Source: an uncultured Anaerolineaceae bacterium (lineage in GTDB: Bacteria > Chloroflexota > Anaerolineae > Anaerolineales > Villigracilaceae). Taken from it: a stretch of DNA of 64,000 nucleotides. A program made the translations under genes and the position numbers. The stretch lies in assembly GCA_964387495.1 (NCBI GenBank), contig CAYLXB010000003.1:6914-70913 (forward strand), written 5' to 3'. This document shows positions 8,256-16,912 of the stretch, piece after piece (position 1 is the stretch's first letter; each line of letters begins with the position of its first letter). Under the pieces are notes generated by a model. That model saw only the letters and a list, made by a program, of their open reading frames with translations. It was not told the origin of the DNA and did not search any database.

Positions 8256-9734
8256 ATGTCTGAAGAAACCAAGAAACCGGAAGAGAAGAAGGAAGAAAAG
8301 CCGGCTCCCAAGGACAACCTGGTCGAGAGCAAACACAAGATCAGCATCGGGGGCCAGGAAATTGCGTATACCGTCACCACCGGGACGCTCGTCCTGAAAG
8401 AGGAGACCCCCGACCGCGAGAAAGAATCGGAGGGCGAAAAGCCCAAGGCGGCGGTTTTCTTCGTGGCCTACACCCGGGACGATGTAGCCGACAAGTCCAA
8501 ACGCCCGCTGACGTTTTCGTTCAACGGCGGGCCGGGGTCGTCCTCCATCTGGATGCATATGGGCCTGCTGGGGCCGCGCCGGGTGGTGCTGGAGTTCGAC
8601 GGTCAGCTGCCGCCTCCGCCGTACCAGCTGACCGATAACGAATATTCCCTGCTGGACGAGACCGACCTGGTCTTCATTGACCCGGTCAGCACCGGCTACT
8701 CGCGGGTGGTGGAAGGGGAGAAGGCCCGCCAGTTCCACGGCTTCAAGAAGGATATCGAGTCGGTGGGGGATTTCATCCGGCTGTATACGACCCGCACCGG
8801 GCGCTGGCTTTCGCCGAAGTACCTGATCGGCGAATCCTATGGCACGACGCGCGCTTCCGGTCTTTCGGGTTACCTGCAGGAGCGCCACGGCCTGTACCTG
8901 AACGGCATCATGCTGATCTCGGCCGTGCTGGACTTCACCACCATCGATTTCAACCTGAACAACGAAGTGCCGTACGTGATGTTCCTGCCGGCCTACGCGG
9001 CGGCGGCCTGGTACCACCGCAAACTGCGCATCCGCCGCCCGCTGCAGAAACTGCTCAAGGAAGTGGAAGCCTTTGCGCTGGGCGAATACTCGGCGGCCCT
9101 GCTCAAGGGCGACCAGTTGACGCGCAGCGAGCGGAGGCGGATCGTGGAGAAGATGAGCCGCTACACCGGGCTTGCGCCAGAGTTCATCGAGCGCTCCAAC
9201 CTGCGCATCAACGACCAGCACTTCTTCAAGGAACTGCTGCGCGACCGGGGCCGCACCATCGGCCGCCTGGACAGCCGCTTCCTGGGCATCGACCGTCTGG
9301 GGGTGACCGCAATGCCCGAGTACGATCCGCTGCTTTCCAACACCCTGGGGCCTTACACTGCCGGGCTGTACCATTACGTGCGCGAGGAACTCAAGTATGA
9401 GTCCGACCTGCCGTACGAGACCCTCAACCCGAAGGTCTGGCCGTGGTCGTATGCGGAGCACGAGAACCAGTATGTCAACGTGGGCGAGACGCTGCGCTCG
9501 GCGATGACTCAGAACCCGCACCTGAAGATCTTCGTTGCCAACGGATATTTTGATCTGGGCACGCCCTATTTTGCGACCGAATACACGTTCAACCACCTGG
9601 GCCTGCACGAGAGCCTGCGCAAGAATATCAGCATGGGTTACTATGAGGCCGGCCACATGATGTACATCCACATCCCTTCGCTGGCCGCCTTGAAGCAGGA
9701 TCTGGCCGGGTTTGTTATGAATTCGAAACCTTAA
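8256..9734 (+). CDS. Peptidase S10 family serine carboxypeptidase
   Basis: FSFNGGPGSSS and LIGESYGTT match the S10 motifs (compare NGGPGCSS and GESYAG). An RBS (aaaGGAcagtctATG) precedes the start at 8256; the ORF is open from 8214. The N-terminal 35 aa are Lys/Glu-rich low complexity. Confidence 0.8.
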   Translation: MSEETKKPEEKKEEKPAPKDNLVESKHKISIGGQEIAYTVTTGTLVLKEETPDREKESEGEKPKAAVFFVAYTRDDVADKSKRPLTFSFNGGPGSSSIWMHMGLLGPRRVVLEFDGQLPPPPYQLTDNEYSLLDETDLVFIDPVSTGYSRVVEGEKARQFHGFKKDIESVGDFIRLYTTRTGRWLSPKYLIGESYGTTRASGLSGYLQERHGLYLNGIMLISAVLDFTTIDFNLNNEVPYVMFLPAYAAAAWYHRKLRIRRPLQKLLKEVEAFALGEYSAALLKGDQLTRSERRRIVEKMSRYTGLAPEFIERSNLRINDQHFFKELLRDRGRTIGRLDSRFLGIDRLGVTAMPEYDPLLSNTLGPYTAGLYHYVREELKYESDLPYETLNPKVWPWSYAEHENQYVNVGETLRSAMTQNPHLKIFVANGYFDLGTPYFATEYTFNHLGLHESLRKNISMGYYEAGHMMYIHIPSLAALKQDLAGFVMNSKP

Positions 9735-9816
9735 GGGCAGCTTTACGCCCTGCGAGTTGGTAGAAATTGACTATAATCATAAGAGCAAGAAAAAATTACT
9801 CATTTAAGGAGAAGCA

Positions 9817-10275
9817 ATGCCCACCCATGTCAAGAAGTTCACCCTGGTCCTTCTAACCGGCCTGCTGGCGCTGACGCTCACCGGCTGCGGAAGCGATTAC
9901 ATCGATGCCTTCAACCCGGCCATCGAGCAGTTCAATGCGGCTGTGGAAACGGTCAATACCCAGATCGACGCGCTGATCGCAGATAACGCAATGTTCGAGG
10001 ATGCCGCCTGGCAGAGCGACACCAGCACGGCGCTTTCCACCCTCAAGGGCGCGGCTGAGGCGCTTACCAATCTTCCCGAACCGGAGGAAGAGTATGCACG
10101 ACTCAATGAGTTGGTTCAGGAACTGGCATCCCAAACCATGCAGGCGGCAGATATCTATAATGCTGCCATCGAGTCCCAGGATATCACCAAAATGAATGAT
10201 GGCAGCGGCTATCTGGATCGGGTGAACGAACTCCTGCCTCAGATCAATGCCGAGGTCGACCGGCTGAACCAGTAA
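9817..10275 (+). CDS. Hypothetical lipoprotein
   Basis: A signal peptide with a lipobox (LALTLTGCGSD) precedes an alpha-helical low-complexity mature region. An AAGGAG RBS and a TATAAT at ~9766 lie upstream. Confidence 0.6.
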   Translation: MPTHVKKFTLVLLTGLLALTLTGCGSDYIDAFNPAIEQFNAAVETVNTQIDALIADNAMFEDAAWQSDTSTALSTLKGAAEALTNLPEPEEEYARLNELVQELASQTMQAADIYNAAIESQDITKMNDGSGYLDRVNELLPQINAEVDRLNQ

Positions 10276-10416
10276 CTCTTTTTTTTACGATTCACAGGAC
10301 GCACCTCGGACCGATTGTGGGCCGGGGTGCGCTTCGTTTTGCGGCGAAAGGGTGTCCATCAAGGGAGATATTTCGGTGTACAATATTCCCATCCCAAATT
10401 TCCCAGGAGTCAATCC

Positions 10417-11940
10417 ATGACCATTATCCTCGACGGTTCTTCCCTCACCATCGAAAAACTAGTTGCCGTGGCGCGCGGCGGTGAAAAGGTGGAACTGGCC
10501 CCCGCGGCGCTGGAGCGCATCAAGGTCTGCCGGGCCATGCTGGAAGAGAAGCTGGCGAACAAGGAGATCATGTATGGCACCAACACCGGCATCGGTGAGT
10601 TTTCGGAAAAAATTCTGAATGATGAGCAGGTCAAGGAATTCCAGAAATACCTGATTTACAACCATGCGGCCGGGATCGGCGAACCTGCGCCGGTGGAGTA
10701 CGTGCGCGGGGCGCTGGCGGGGCGCATCAACGTGCACGCCCACGGCAACTCGGGCTGCCGGCCGGAGATTACGCTGACCATGGTTGAGATGCTCAACAAA
10801 GGCGTAACTCCGGTCGTTTGTCAAAAGGGATCGGTGGGCGCCTGCGGCGACCTGGCACCCATGGCCCAGGCGGCGCTGTTGATGATGGGGGAGGGCGAGG
10901 CCTGGTACCAGGGCGAGCGCCTGCCCGGCAAGTCTGCCATGCAAAAGGCAGGCATCCCAATCCCCGGACTGCAGGCGCGCGACGGCCTGGCGGCCATCAA
11001 CGGCTCCAACCTGCTGACGGCCATGAGCGCCATCCACATCTATGAGATGGAGCGCTTCCTGAAGCAGGCCGAGATCGCAGCGGCCATGTCCATCGAGGCC
11101 CTGCTGGGCAACATGAAGCCCTATATCAGCAAACTGCACGAATTGCGCGGCTTCAAGGGGGCGGTGGCCAGCGCGGCGAACCTCCGCAAGGTGATCGCCG
11201 GCTCGGACCTGACGACCGGCAAGATGAAGACCAAGGTGCAGGATGCCTACTCGATGCGCTCCACCCCGCAGGTGATCGGCGCGGCGCGCGATGCGGTGGC
11301 CTACGCCCGCTCGCAGGTGGAGATCGAATTGAACGGCGTGGGGGACAACCCGATCTTCGTCCCGGAGGACAGGCTGACCCTGACCGGCGCCAACTTCCAG
11401 GGGTCCCCGGTTTCGCTGCCGATGGATATGGCCGGGGCGGCCATCACCATGGTGTGCGTGCTCAGCGAGCGCCGGCTGAACCGCCTGACCAACCCGGCGT
11501 TGAGCGTGGGCCTGCCGGACTTCCTGGCCCACGAGCCCGGCTTCTATTCCGGCCTGATGCTCTCGCAGTACACCGCCGATATGCTGATCGTCGAGCAGCG
11601 CATCCTTTCGACGCCGGCTTCCATCCAATCCATCCCGGCGGCGGCCGACCAGGAGGACTTCGTCTCGATGGGCATGAATACGGCCATCAAGAACGGGCAG
11701 ATATTGGACAACGCTTACGGCGTGCTGGGGATCGAGTTCATGGCCGCGGCCCAGGCGCTGGACTTCCGCGAGTTCACTCCCGGCAGAGGCAGCCAGGCGG
11801 CGCGGCAGGTAATCCGCCAGCACGTGTTGCACCTGGATGTGGATCGGCCGCTCTTCCCCGACCACAACGCCATGAAGGCGCTGGTCAAATCGGGGAAGAT
11901 TCTGGAAGCGGTGGAGAAGGAGACCGGCGCACTGGAATAG
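10417..11940 (+). CDS. Aromatic amino acid ammonia-lyase family (HAL/PAL-like, MIO-dependent) with an Ala-Cys-Gly triad in place of Ala-Ser-Gly
   Basis: GSVGACGDLAPMAQAALLMMGEGEAWYQG aligns with HutH GSVGASGDLAPLAHM...GEG. There is full-length homology (NGS, YSMRSTPQV, GDNP motifs). An AGGAG RBS precedes the ATG at 10417. Confidence 0.85.
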   Translation: MTIILDGSSLTIEKLVAVARGGEKVELAPAALERIKVCRAMLEEKLANKEIMYGTNTGIGEFSEKILNDEQVKEFQKYLIYNHAAGIGEPAPVEYVRGALAGRINVHAHGNSGCRPEITLTMVEMLNKGVTPVVCQKGSVGACGDLAPMAQAALLMMGEGEAWYQGERLPGKSAMQKAGIPIPGLQARDGLAAINGSNLLTAMSAIHIYEMERFLKQAEIAAAMSIEALLGNMKPYISKLHELRGFKGAVASAANLRKVIAGSDLTTGKMKTKVQDAYSMRSTPQVIGAARDAVAYARSQVEIELNGVGDNPIFVPEDRLTLTGANFQGSPVSLPMDMAGAAITMVCVLSERRLNRLTNPALSVGLPDFLAHEPGFYSGLMLSQYTADMLIVEQRILSTPASIQSIPAAADQEDFVSMGMNTAIKNGQILDNAYGVLGIEFMAAAQALDFREFTPGRGSQAARQVIRQHVLHLDVDRPLFPDHNAMKALVKSGKILEAVEKETGALE

Positions 11941-11978
11941 CCCTGCCGCCGGCCTGGTTTCGTTACATTTTTCCGCCC

Positions 11979-12011
11979 GGATCAGGCTCGCGCGAGCCTG
12001 ATCCATTTTTT
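11979..12011 (+). terminator. Terminator hairpin between convergent genes
   Basis: ggatcaggctcgcg/cgcgagcctgatcc is a perfect palindrome, followed by aTTTTTTg on the + strand. Confidence 0.7.
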
Positions 12012-12012
12012 G

Positions 12013-14175
12013 TTATTCCAGGCTCTCCCTGGGGTAGCGCGGCAGGACGGTTTTGAGGACGGTGTTCAGGATTTCGCTCATTTCGTTCATGCTCAGGGGG
12101 CGCGACAGGCCGAGTTCGAAGATATTTTCCCCGGGGGCGAGGCTGGTCTCCGGTTTTTCCTGGGCGGAGATGATGACGATCGGCATGTCTGCAAAAGCCT
12201 CATCTTTGCGCACCTGTGCCAGCCATTCCCAGCCGTTGATGTCGGGCAGTTCCAGGTCGAGCAGGATGGCATCCACCTTGTTTTGCTTCAGCACCGCGAA
12301 GGCCTCGGCGCCGCTCAGCGCGCTGAGCATTGTATAGGATCGAGCGGGCCGGCGCTGCCGGGTGCGGGTGACCTGGGTGATGAAATGCACCATGGCCGGG
12401 TCATCATCCACCACCAGCAGCGTGCGCACGTTCGGCCCCAGGGATTGAATGGTGTTCAAGAGGGTTTGGCGGGAGATGGGCTTGAGCAGGTAGGCGTGGA
12501 TGGCGCCCACCTGGGTGCTGACGTGGGGCAGGTGGATGCGCATGACCGGCAGTTCGTACGGCAGGCTTTCGGGTGGGATGCTTCCGGCCTGGGTCGAGAG
12601 CAGGACAGCGCGCGGGTATAGTTCGGAGGTCTTCTGTGCCAGGGTTTCGATGCCGGGCAGTTCCTGGACCACGTAGCCATCCAAAACCTGGCGGATGGTC
12701 TGGACGTGTTCCGGGTGGGGAGTGGCAAACAACACGAATTTGTTCTCGCGGGCCACGCGGGGGTTGCCCACTGGCAGGTCTGTGATCTCGACAGGCGGGC
12801 TGGTGAGCGGCAGGGTGAAGTAGAAACGCGTGCCCTGGCCAAGGGTGCTCTCGACGCCCATTTTGCCGCCGTGCAGTTCGACAAACCGCTGGCTGATGTA
12901 CAGCCCCAGCCCCGTGCCCGAGCGCCTGCGCCAGTTTTCCTCCCCGCCCTGGCGGAACTCGGTGAAGACCTTGGGCAGATCCTCCTCCGAAATGCCCATG
13001 CCGGTATCGCTGACGCTGACCAGCAGGGACTCCTCCCGCTTTTCCACCCTGACCGTCATGCCGCCCTGCTCTGTGAAACGCAGGCCGTTGTTGAAGAGGT
13101 TGAGCAGGACCTGCCGGATGCGGGTGGTGTCCACGAAGATGGCCGGCAGGCCGCGCGGGATTTCCACTTTGAGCCAGAGCCCTTTTTCTTCGAATGCGCT
13201 TGCGACCATGGCCCTGACTTCGGCAATGATCTGTTCGATACGGGCTTTTTCCCGGAAGAGCGACATCTGGCGGGCATCGATTTTCCCCATGTCGAGGATA
13301 TCGTTGATCAAGCGCAGGAGATGCTGGCTGGACTTGTAGATCTCCAGGATATCGTCGCGCAGGCCGGGCGGCCAGTTTTCGAGCGGGGCATAGGTCGCGG
13401 GGGCGTTGATCATCAGGTCGCTGAAGCCGACGATGAAGTTGAGCGGGCTGCGCAGCTCGTGGCTGACGGCCAGCATGAAGCGATTGCGGTCCTCGTGGGC
13501 CTCTTCTGTCTGCGCCCGGGCGAACGAGAGCATTTCGTTCAGGCGGTCCAGCTGGTAATTGCTCTGGTTTATTTCCTTCAGGATGCGGCTGATCTCGGCC
13601 CGGTGGTCGCGGGTTTCGTCCAGCAGGCGGCGGGCTTCATAGTAATGGAAGGAAGCCGAGTCAAGGGCCTCCACCAGGTTGCTGGAAAGCCCCCAGCCAA
13701 AAACGCTGATGAACACCGTCCCCAGGGCCAGCACCAGCCCATAAGCGAAATGCAGGCCGGACAGGTTGATGACAAAGATCGTGACGGCAATGATGAGCAG
13801 GTCGGTGACGAGCGTGCCGGTGACGCCGAGCGTGACGATGGCGATCAACGGCACCAGCATCATCAGGAACAGGATTTCGGTCTGCCGGTAAATGAGAAAT
13901 GCGCTCACGACCGCGGTGATCAGGCCGGCCAGCCACACGGACTGGGAGAGCAAATAACGGCGCTTGAGCAGATGCAGGGTAGTTACCACCAGCACCAGCA
14001 TGAAGACCGAAATTCCCCACAGGCTTGGGTTGAAGGTTTCGGGAAGGCCCAGCGTGGCGATGACATGCCAGCACAGGTAAAGCCCTCCGACGGTGTATAC
14101 CAGGTTGCCTGCAGTGGATTGCATCAATTCCCCGTACTCGGAATTCCCGTTTGGATCTTCGTGCAGCCAGGGCAT
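12013..14175 (-). CDS. Hybrid sensor histidine kinase (multi-TM sensor, HisKA, HATPase_c, degenerate REC and a canonical REC)
   Basis: LAVSHELRSPLNFIVGF is the H-box. GTGLGLYISQRFVELHGG is the G2 box. The C-terminal LLVVDDDPAMV...DAILLDLELPDINGWEW is a receiver domain. The N-terminal ~190 aa are polytopic. Confidence 0.85.
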   Translation of the reverse strand: MPWLHEDPNGNSEYGELMQSTAGNLVYTVGGLYLCWHVIATLGLPETFNPSLWGISVFMLVLVVTTLHLLKRRYLLSQSVWLAGLITAVVSAFLIYRQTEILFLMMLVPLIAIVTLGVTGTLVTDLLIIAVTIFVINLSGLHFAYGLVLALGTVFISVFGWGLSSNLVEALDSASFHYYEARRLLDETRDHRAEISRILKEINQSNYQLDRLNEMLSFARAQTEEAHEDRNRFMLAVSHELRSPLNFIVGFSDLMINAPATYAPLENWPPGLRDDILEIYKSSQHLLRLINDILDMGKIDARQMSLFREKARIEQIIAEVRAMVASAFEEKGLWLKVEIPRGLPAIFVDTTRIRQVLLNLFNNGLRFTEQGGMTVRVEKREESLLVSVSDTGMGISEEDLPKVFTEFRQGGEENWRRRSGTGLGLYISQRFVELHGGKMGVESTLGQGTRFYFTLPLTSPPVEITDLPVGNPRVARENKFVLFATPHPEHVQTIRQVLDGYVVQELPGIETLAQKTSELYPRAVLLSTQAGSIPPESLPYELPVMRIHLPHVSTQVGAIHAYLLKPISRQTLLNTIQSLGPNVRTLLVVDDDPAMVHFITQVTRTRQRRPARSYTMLSALSGAEAFAVLKQNKVDAILLDLELPDINGWEWLAQVRKDEAFADMPIVIISAQEKPETSLAPGENIFELGLSRPLSMNEMSEILNTVLKTVLPRYPRESLE

Positions 14176-14178
14176 GGT

Positions 14179-15381
14179 TTACTCCTGTATCAGGTTGAGC
14201 TGGATGAGGACATCGAAGAAGGCTCTTTGAACGATCGGTTTTTTGAGAAAGGCGGCCGCTCCCAGTGAATGCGCCAGTTCGGGTTCGTCCCAGGCGGAGC
14301 AGACCAGGACGGGGATGTGCTGGGTGAGCGGGTCCAGCTGCAGGGATTGGAGCACTTCCCAGCCATCCATCTGCGGCATCATCACATCCAGCGCAATCAG
14401 CATGGGCTGGATCTGGCGCGCCATGTCCATTACCTGGGCAGGGTCTGTCAGGCCAATCACGTCAATGTCAGACAGGCTGAGATAGCGCTCGAACATCTTG
14501 ATCGTAGCAACCTGGTCATCCACAACCAGCAGGACTTTTTGCTGGACGGCCAGGAAGACCAGCCTCAGGTTGACTTCCCCGGCCTGTCCATGCGGGGGAT
14601 AGGCTTCTTCGACCCGGGCGCGAATGCGCCGGCTCCAGGAGCGCACGAAATTCAGAAGGTCTTTGCCATCGGGCAGGCTGGCATCCCACTGGTCATCGGT
14701 ATCGAAGCGGATGCCGATGACCGCCTCCCTGGCATGGTGGTCTGCGTGCAGGGTGAGGCTGCGGCCGGTGCACAGGTGGAGAGAGTAATTGATCAGGCTC
14801 AAAAGTATCTGGCGCATGAGCACCCGGTCGGCAAAGAGAGGCATCGGGTTGGACGGCAGATCCAATTCCAGGTGGATCTGTTCGCTGTTGAGGCGCTGGG
14901 CCAGGGTGGCCTTGATGCCTTGAAGTACCTCTTTCAGTTCCAGCTGCTCCGGCTGCAGGGCAAACTCCTCCTGCTCGGCAGGCGGCATCTCTTCCGGGGC
15001 CGCCGGCTGCATAGGGCGGAAACAGCGCTCCCAGATGCGGATGCTCAATGCCTGCAATGCCCGGCTGTGATCCCGCCTGAACTGGCGCTCGCCAACATAC
15101 AGGGCGCCGGCGATCTCTGCCGGATTCCTGCCCTGGATATAGCGCATCTGCAGGATCAGATAGGGGCGCCATTCGGAGGAACGGTAGATGGGGTCCCCTC
15201 CGGCCGGCCGCAGCCTTTCGATCTCCTCCAGGACCAGTTTTTGAATGGCTTCCGCCCTGTGCTGCGATGAGCCCCTGGGGAGGGGGATGCGTGCGGCCAG
15301 GGGATGGGTTTCGATGGCCGCGTGGTCATAAAGGTGGGTGATCAGGTCCTTGAACAGGCTGGTAAAGGTATCAAGTTCCAT
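14179..15381 (-). CDS. Atypical response regulator: N-terminal sigma-70-r4/LuxR-like HTH and C-terminal REC domain
   Basis: The C-terminus carries KVLLVVDDQVATIKMFERYL...IALDVMMPQMDGWEVL...KKP, a receiver domain. The N-terminus carries EWRPYLILQMRYIQGRNPAEIAGALYVGERQFRRDHSRALQAL, an HTH. The gene ends 3 nt before the kinase start. Confidence 0.7.
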   Translation of the reverse strand: MELDTFTSLFKDLITHLYDHAAIETHPLAARIPLPRGSSQHRAEAIQKLVLEEIERLRPAGGDPIYRSSEWRPYLILQMRYIQGRNPAEIAGALYVGERQFRRDHSRALQALSIRIWERCFRPMQPAAPEEMPPAEQEEFALQPEQLELKEVLQGIKATLAQRLNSEQIHLELDLPSNPMPLFADRVLMRQILLSLINYSLHLCTGRSLTLHADHHAREAVIGIRFDTDDQWDASLPDGKDLLNFVRSWSRRIRARVEEAYPPHGQAGEVNLRLVFLAVQQKVLLVVDDQVATIKMFERYLSLSDIDVIGLTDPAQVMDMARQIQPMLIALDVMMPQMDGWEVLQSLQLDPLTQHIPVLVCSAWDEPELAHSLGAAAFLKKPIVQRAFFDVLIQLNLIQE

Positions 15382-15583
15382 GTCCGTTTGATGTCCAACT
15401 TAAGTCCATTAGGTGGTTGCATGTGCATGCGGATTTTGCTAAACTAAAGTGTAACCCATGTTATCACCTTTTAACGTCGTATTGACCCGCAGACAGAAAT
15501 GAGTAAGGAGGTGCGAGAAACTGATAACCCTGATTTACGATCGATCCTGCCGCATATTCATAATTTCAAGAAGGAGAATAGAA

Positions 15584-16840
15584 ATGTCTGTAAAAAGGTT
15601 TAGTTTGGTGCTTGTCAGCCTGCTCATGGTCGTTTCGATGGCACTCACGGCCTGCGGCGCAGGCAATAAGCAGGTGGAAGTGTTCTCGTGGTGGACCGGC
15701 GGCGGCGAGGCTGCAGGTTTGGAAGCCATGATCAAGGTCTTCCAGGCGCAGTTTGCTGATATCGAGTTCGTCAATGCTGCCGTTGCCGGCGGCGCAGGCA
15801 CCAACGCCCGCGCTGTACTGGCTTCCCGCCTGCAGGCCGGCGATCCGCCCGACAGCTGGCAGGGCCATGCCGGTCAGGAACTGATCGGCACGTACGTTGC
15901 CGGCGGCCAGATCGAGCCCCTGAATGACCTGTACGAGGCCGAAGGCTGGCTGGATGTCATGCCCGAGACCCTGATCCCGCTCATTTCGCAGGATGGCAAG
16001 ATCTACTCCGTGCCGGTCAACATCCACCGCGCCAACGTCCTGTGGTACAACCCGAAGGTCCTGTCGGATAACGGTATTACCGTCCCGACCTCGGTTGATG
16101 AGTGGATCACGGCCATGGAGACCCTCAAGGGCGCCGGCGTTCAGCCGCTGGCCCTGGGCGAGCAGTGGACCAAGATGCACCTGCTCGAGACCGTCCTGCT
16201 CGGCAGCCTCGGCCCCGACAAATACAACGGCCTGTGGGATGGCACCACGGACTGGGGCAGCGCGGATGTGACGAAAGCCCTCGAGAACTACGTCACGATC
16301 CAATCGTATGCCAATGCCGATTCCGCCTCGCTGACCTGGCAGGATGCTGCCCAGCTGGTTGTCAACGGCGACGCTGCCTTCAACGTGATGGGTGACTGGG
16401 CCGAAGGTTACTTCCGCGAACTTGGCAAGGCCCCCGAGACCGATTACGGTTGGGCCGCAGTCCCCGGCACGGGTGGAACGTTCCAGTTCCTGTCCGACTC
16501 CTTCGTCCTGGCTGTGGACGCCCCGCACCGCGACGCCGCCCTCAGCTGGCTGAAGATCGCCGGTTCCAAGGCAGGCCAGGAAGCCTTCAACCCGGTGAAG
16601 GGCTCGATCTGCGCCCGTACCGACTGCGACAAGACTCTCTTTGGTGTCTATCTGCAGTCTGCCATGGATGACTGGGCCAGCAACACGGTTGTTGGTTCAC
16701 TGACGCATGGTGTGGTTGCCAACGACTCCTGGAAGTCTGAGATCGACACTGCCCTCGGCCTGTTCGTTGCCGATGGCGATGTGGCAACCTTCCAGGCTGC
16801 GCTGGTTGCGGCTTGCGAGAACTCCGGCCCCTGCAAGTAG
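15584..16840 (+). CDS. ABC transporter substrate-binding lipoprotein (carbohydrate, SBP family 1)
   Basis: The product has a signal peptide with a lipobox (ALTACGAG) and an SBP_bac_1-like body. It is followed by two permease genes. Confidence 0.85.
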   Translation: MSVKRFSLVLVSLLMVVSMALTACGAGNKQVEVFSWWTGGGEAAGLEAMIKVFQAQFADIEFVNAAVAGGAGTNARAVLASRLQAGDPPDSWQGHAGQELIGTYVAGGQIEPLNDLYEAEGWLDVMPETLIPLISQDGKIYSVPVNIHRANVLWYNPKVLSDNGITVPTSVDEWITAMETLKGAGVQPLALGEQWTKMHLLETVLLGSLGPDKYNGLWDGTTDWGSADVTKALENYVTIQSYANADSASLTWQDAAQLVVNGDAAFNVMGDWAEGYFRELGKAPETDYGWAAVPGTGGTFQFLSDSFVLAVDAPHRDAALSWLKIAGSKAGQEAFNPVKGSICARTDCDKTLFGVYLQSAMDDWASNTVVGSLTHGVVANDSWKSEIDTALGLFVADGDVATFQAALVAACENSGPCK

Positions 16841-16856
16841 GCCCTGATGTAAACGT

Positions 16857-16886
16857 GATGAGGCTCCGCAGATGCGGGGCCTCATC
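16857..16886 (+). other. Intercistronic stem-loop between the SBP and permease genes
   Basis: gatgaggctccgc-agat-gcggggcctcatc forms a 13-bp stem with one G-U pair, and no U-tract follows it. Confidence 0.5.
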
Positions 16887-16912
16887 AATTCCTGCGCTGA
16901 AAAGAGGCCGTC

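Noticed and set aside
8241-9671. 476-aa minus-strand ORF
   Set aside because: It is antisense to the S10 carboxypeptidase gene and has low-complexity, Arg/Gly/Val-rich composition. It is a shadow ORF.
10459-12006. 515-aa minus-strand ORF
   Set aside because: It is antisense to the ammonia-lyase gene, which has strong family motifs on the + strand.
12706-15270. 520-aa and 333-aa plus-strand ORFs
   Set aside because: They are antisense to the histidine kinase and response regulator genes. Those genes have H-box, G-box and receiver motifs on the minus strand.
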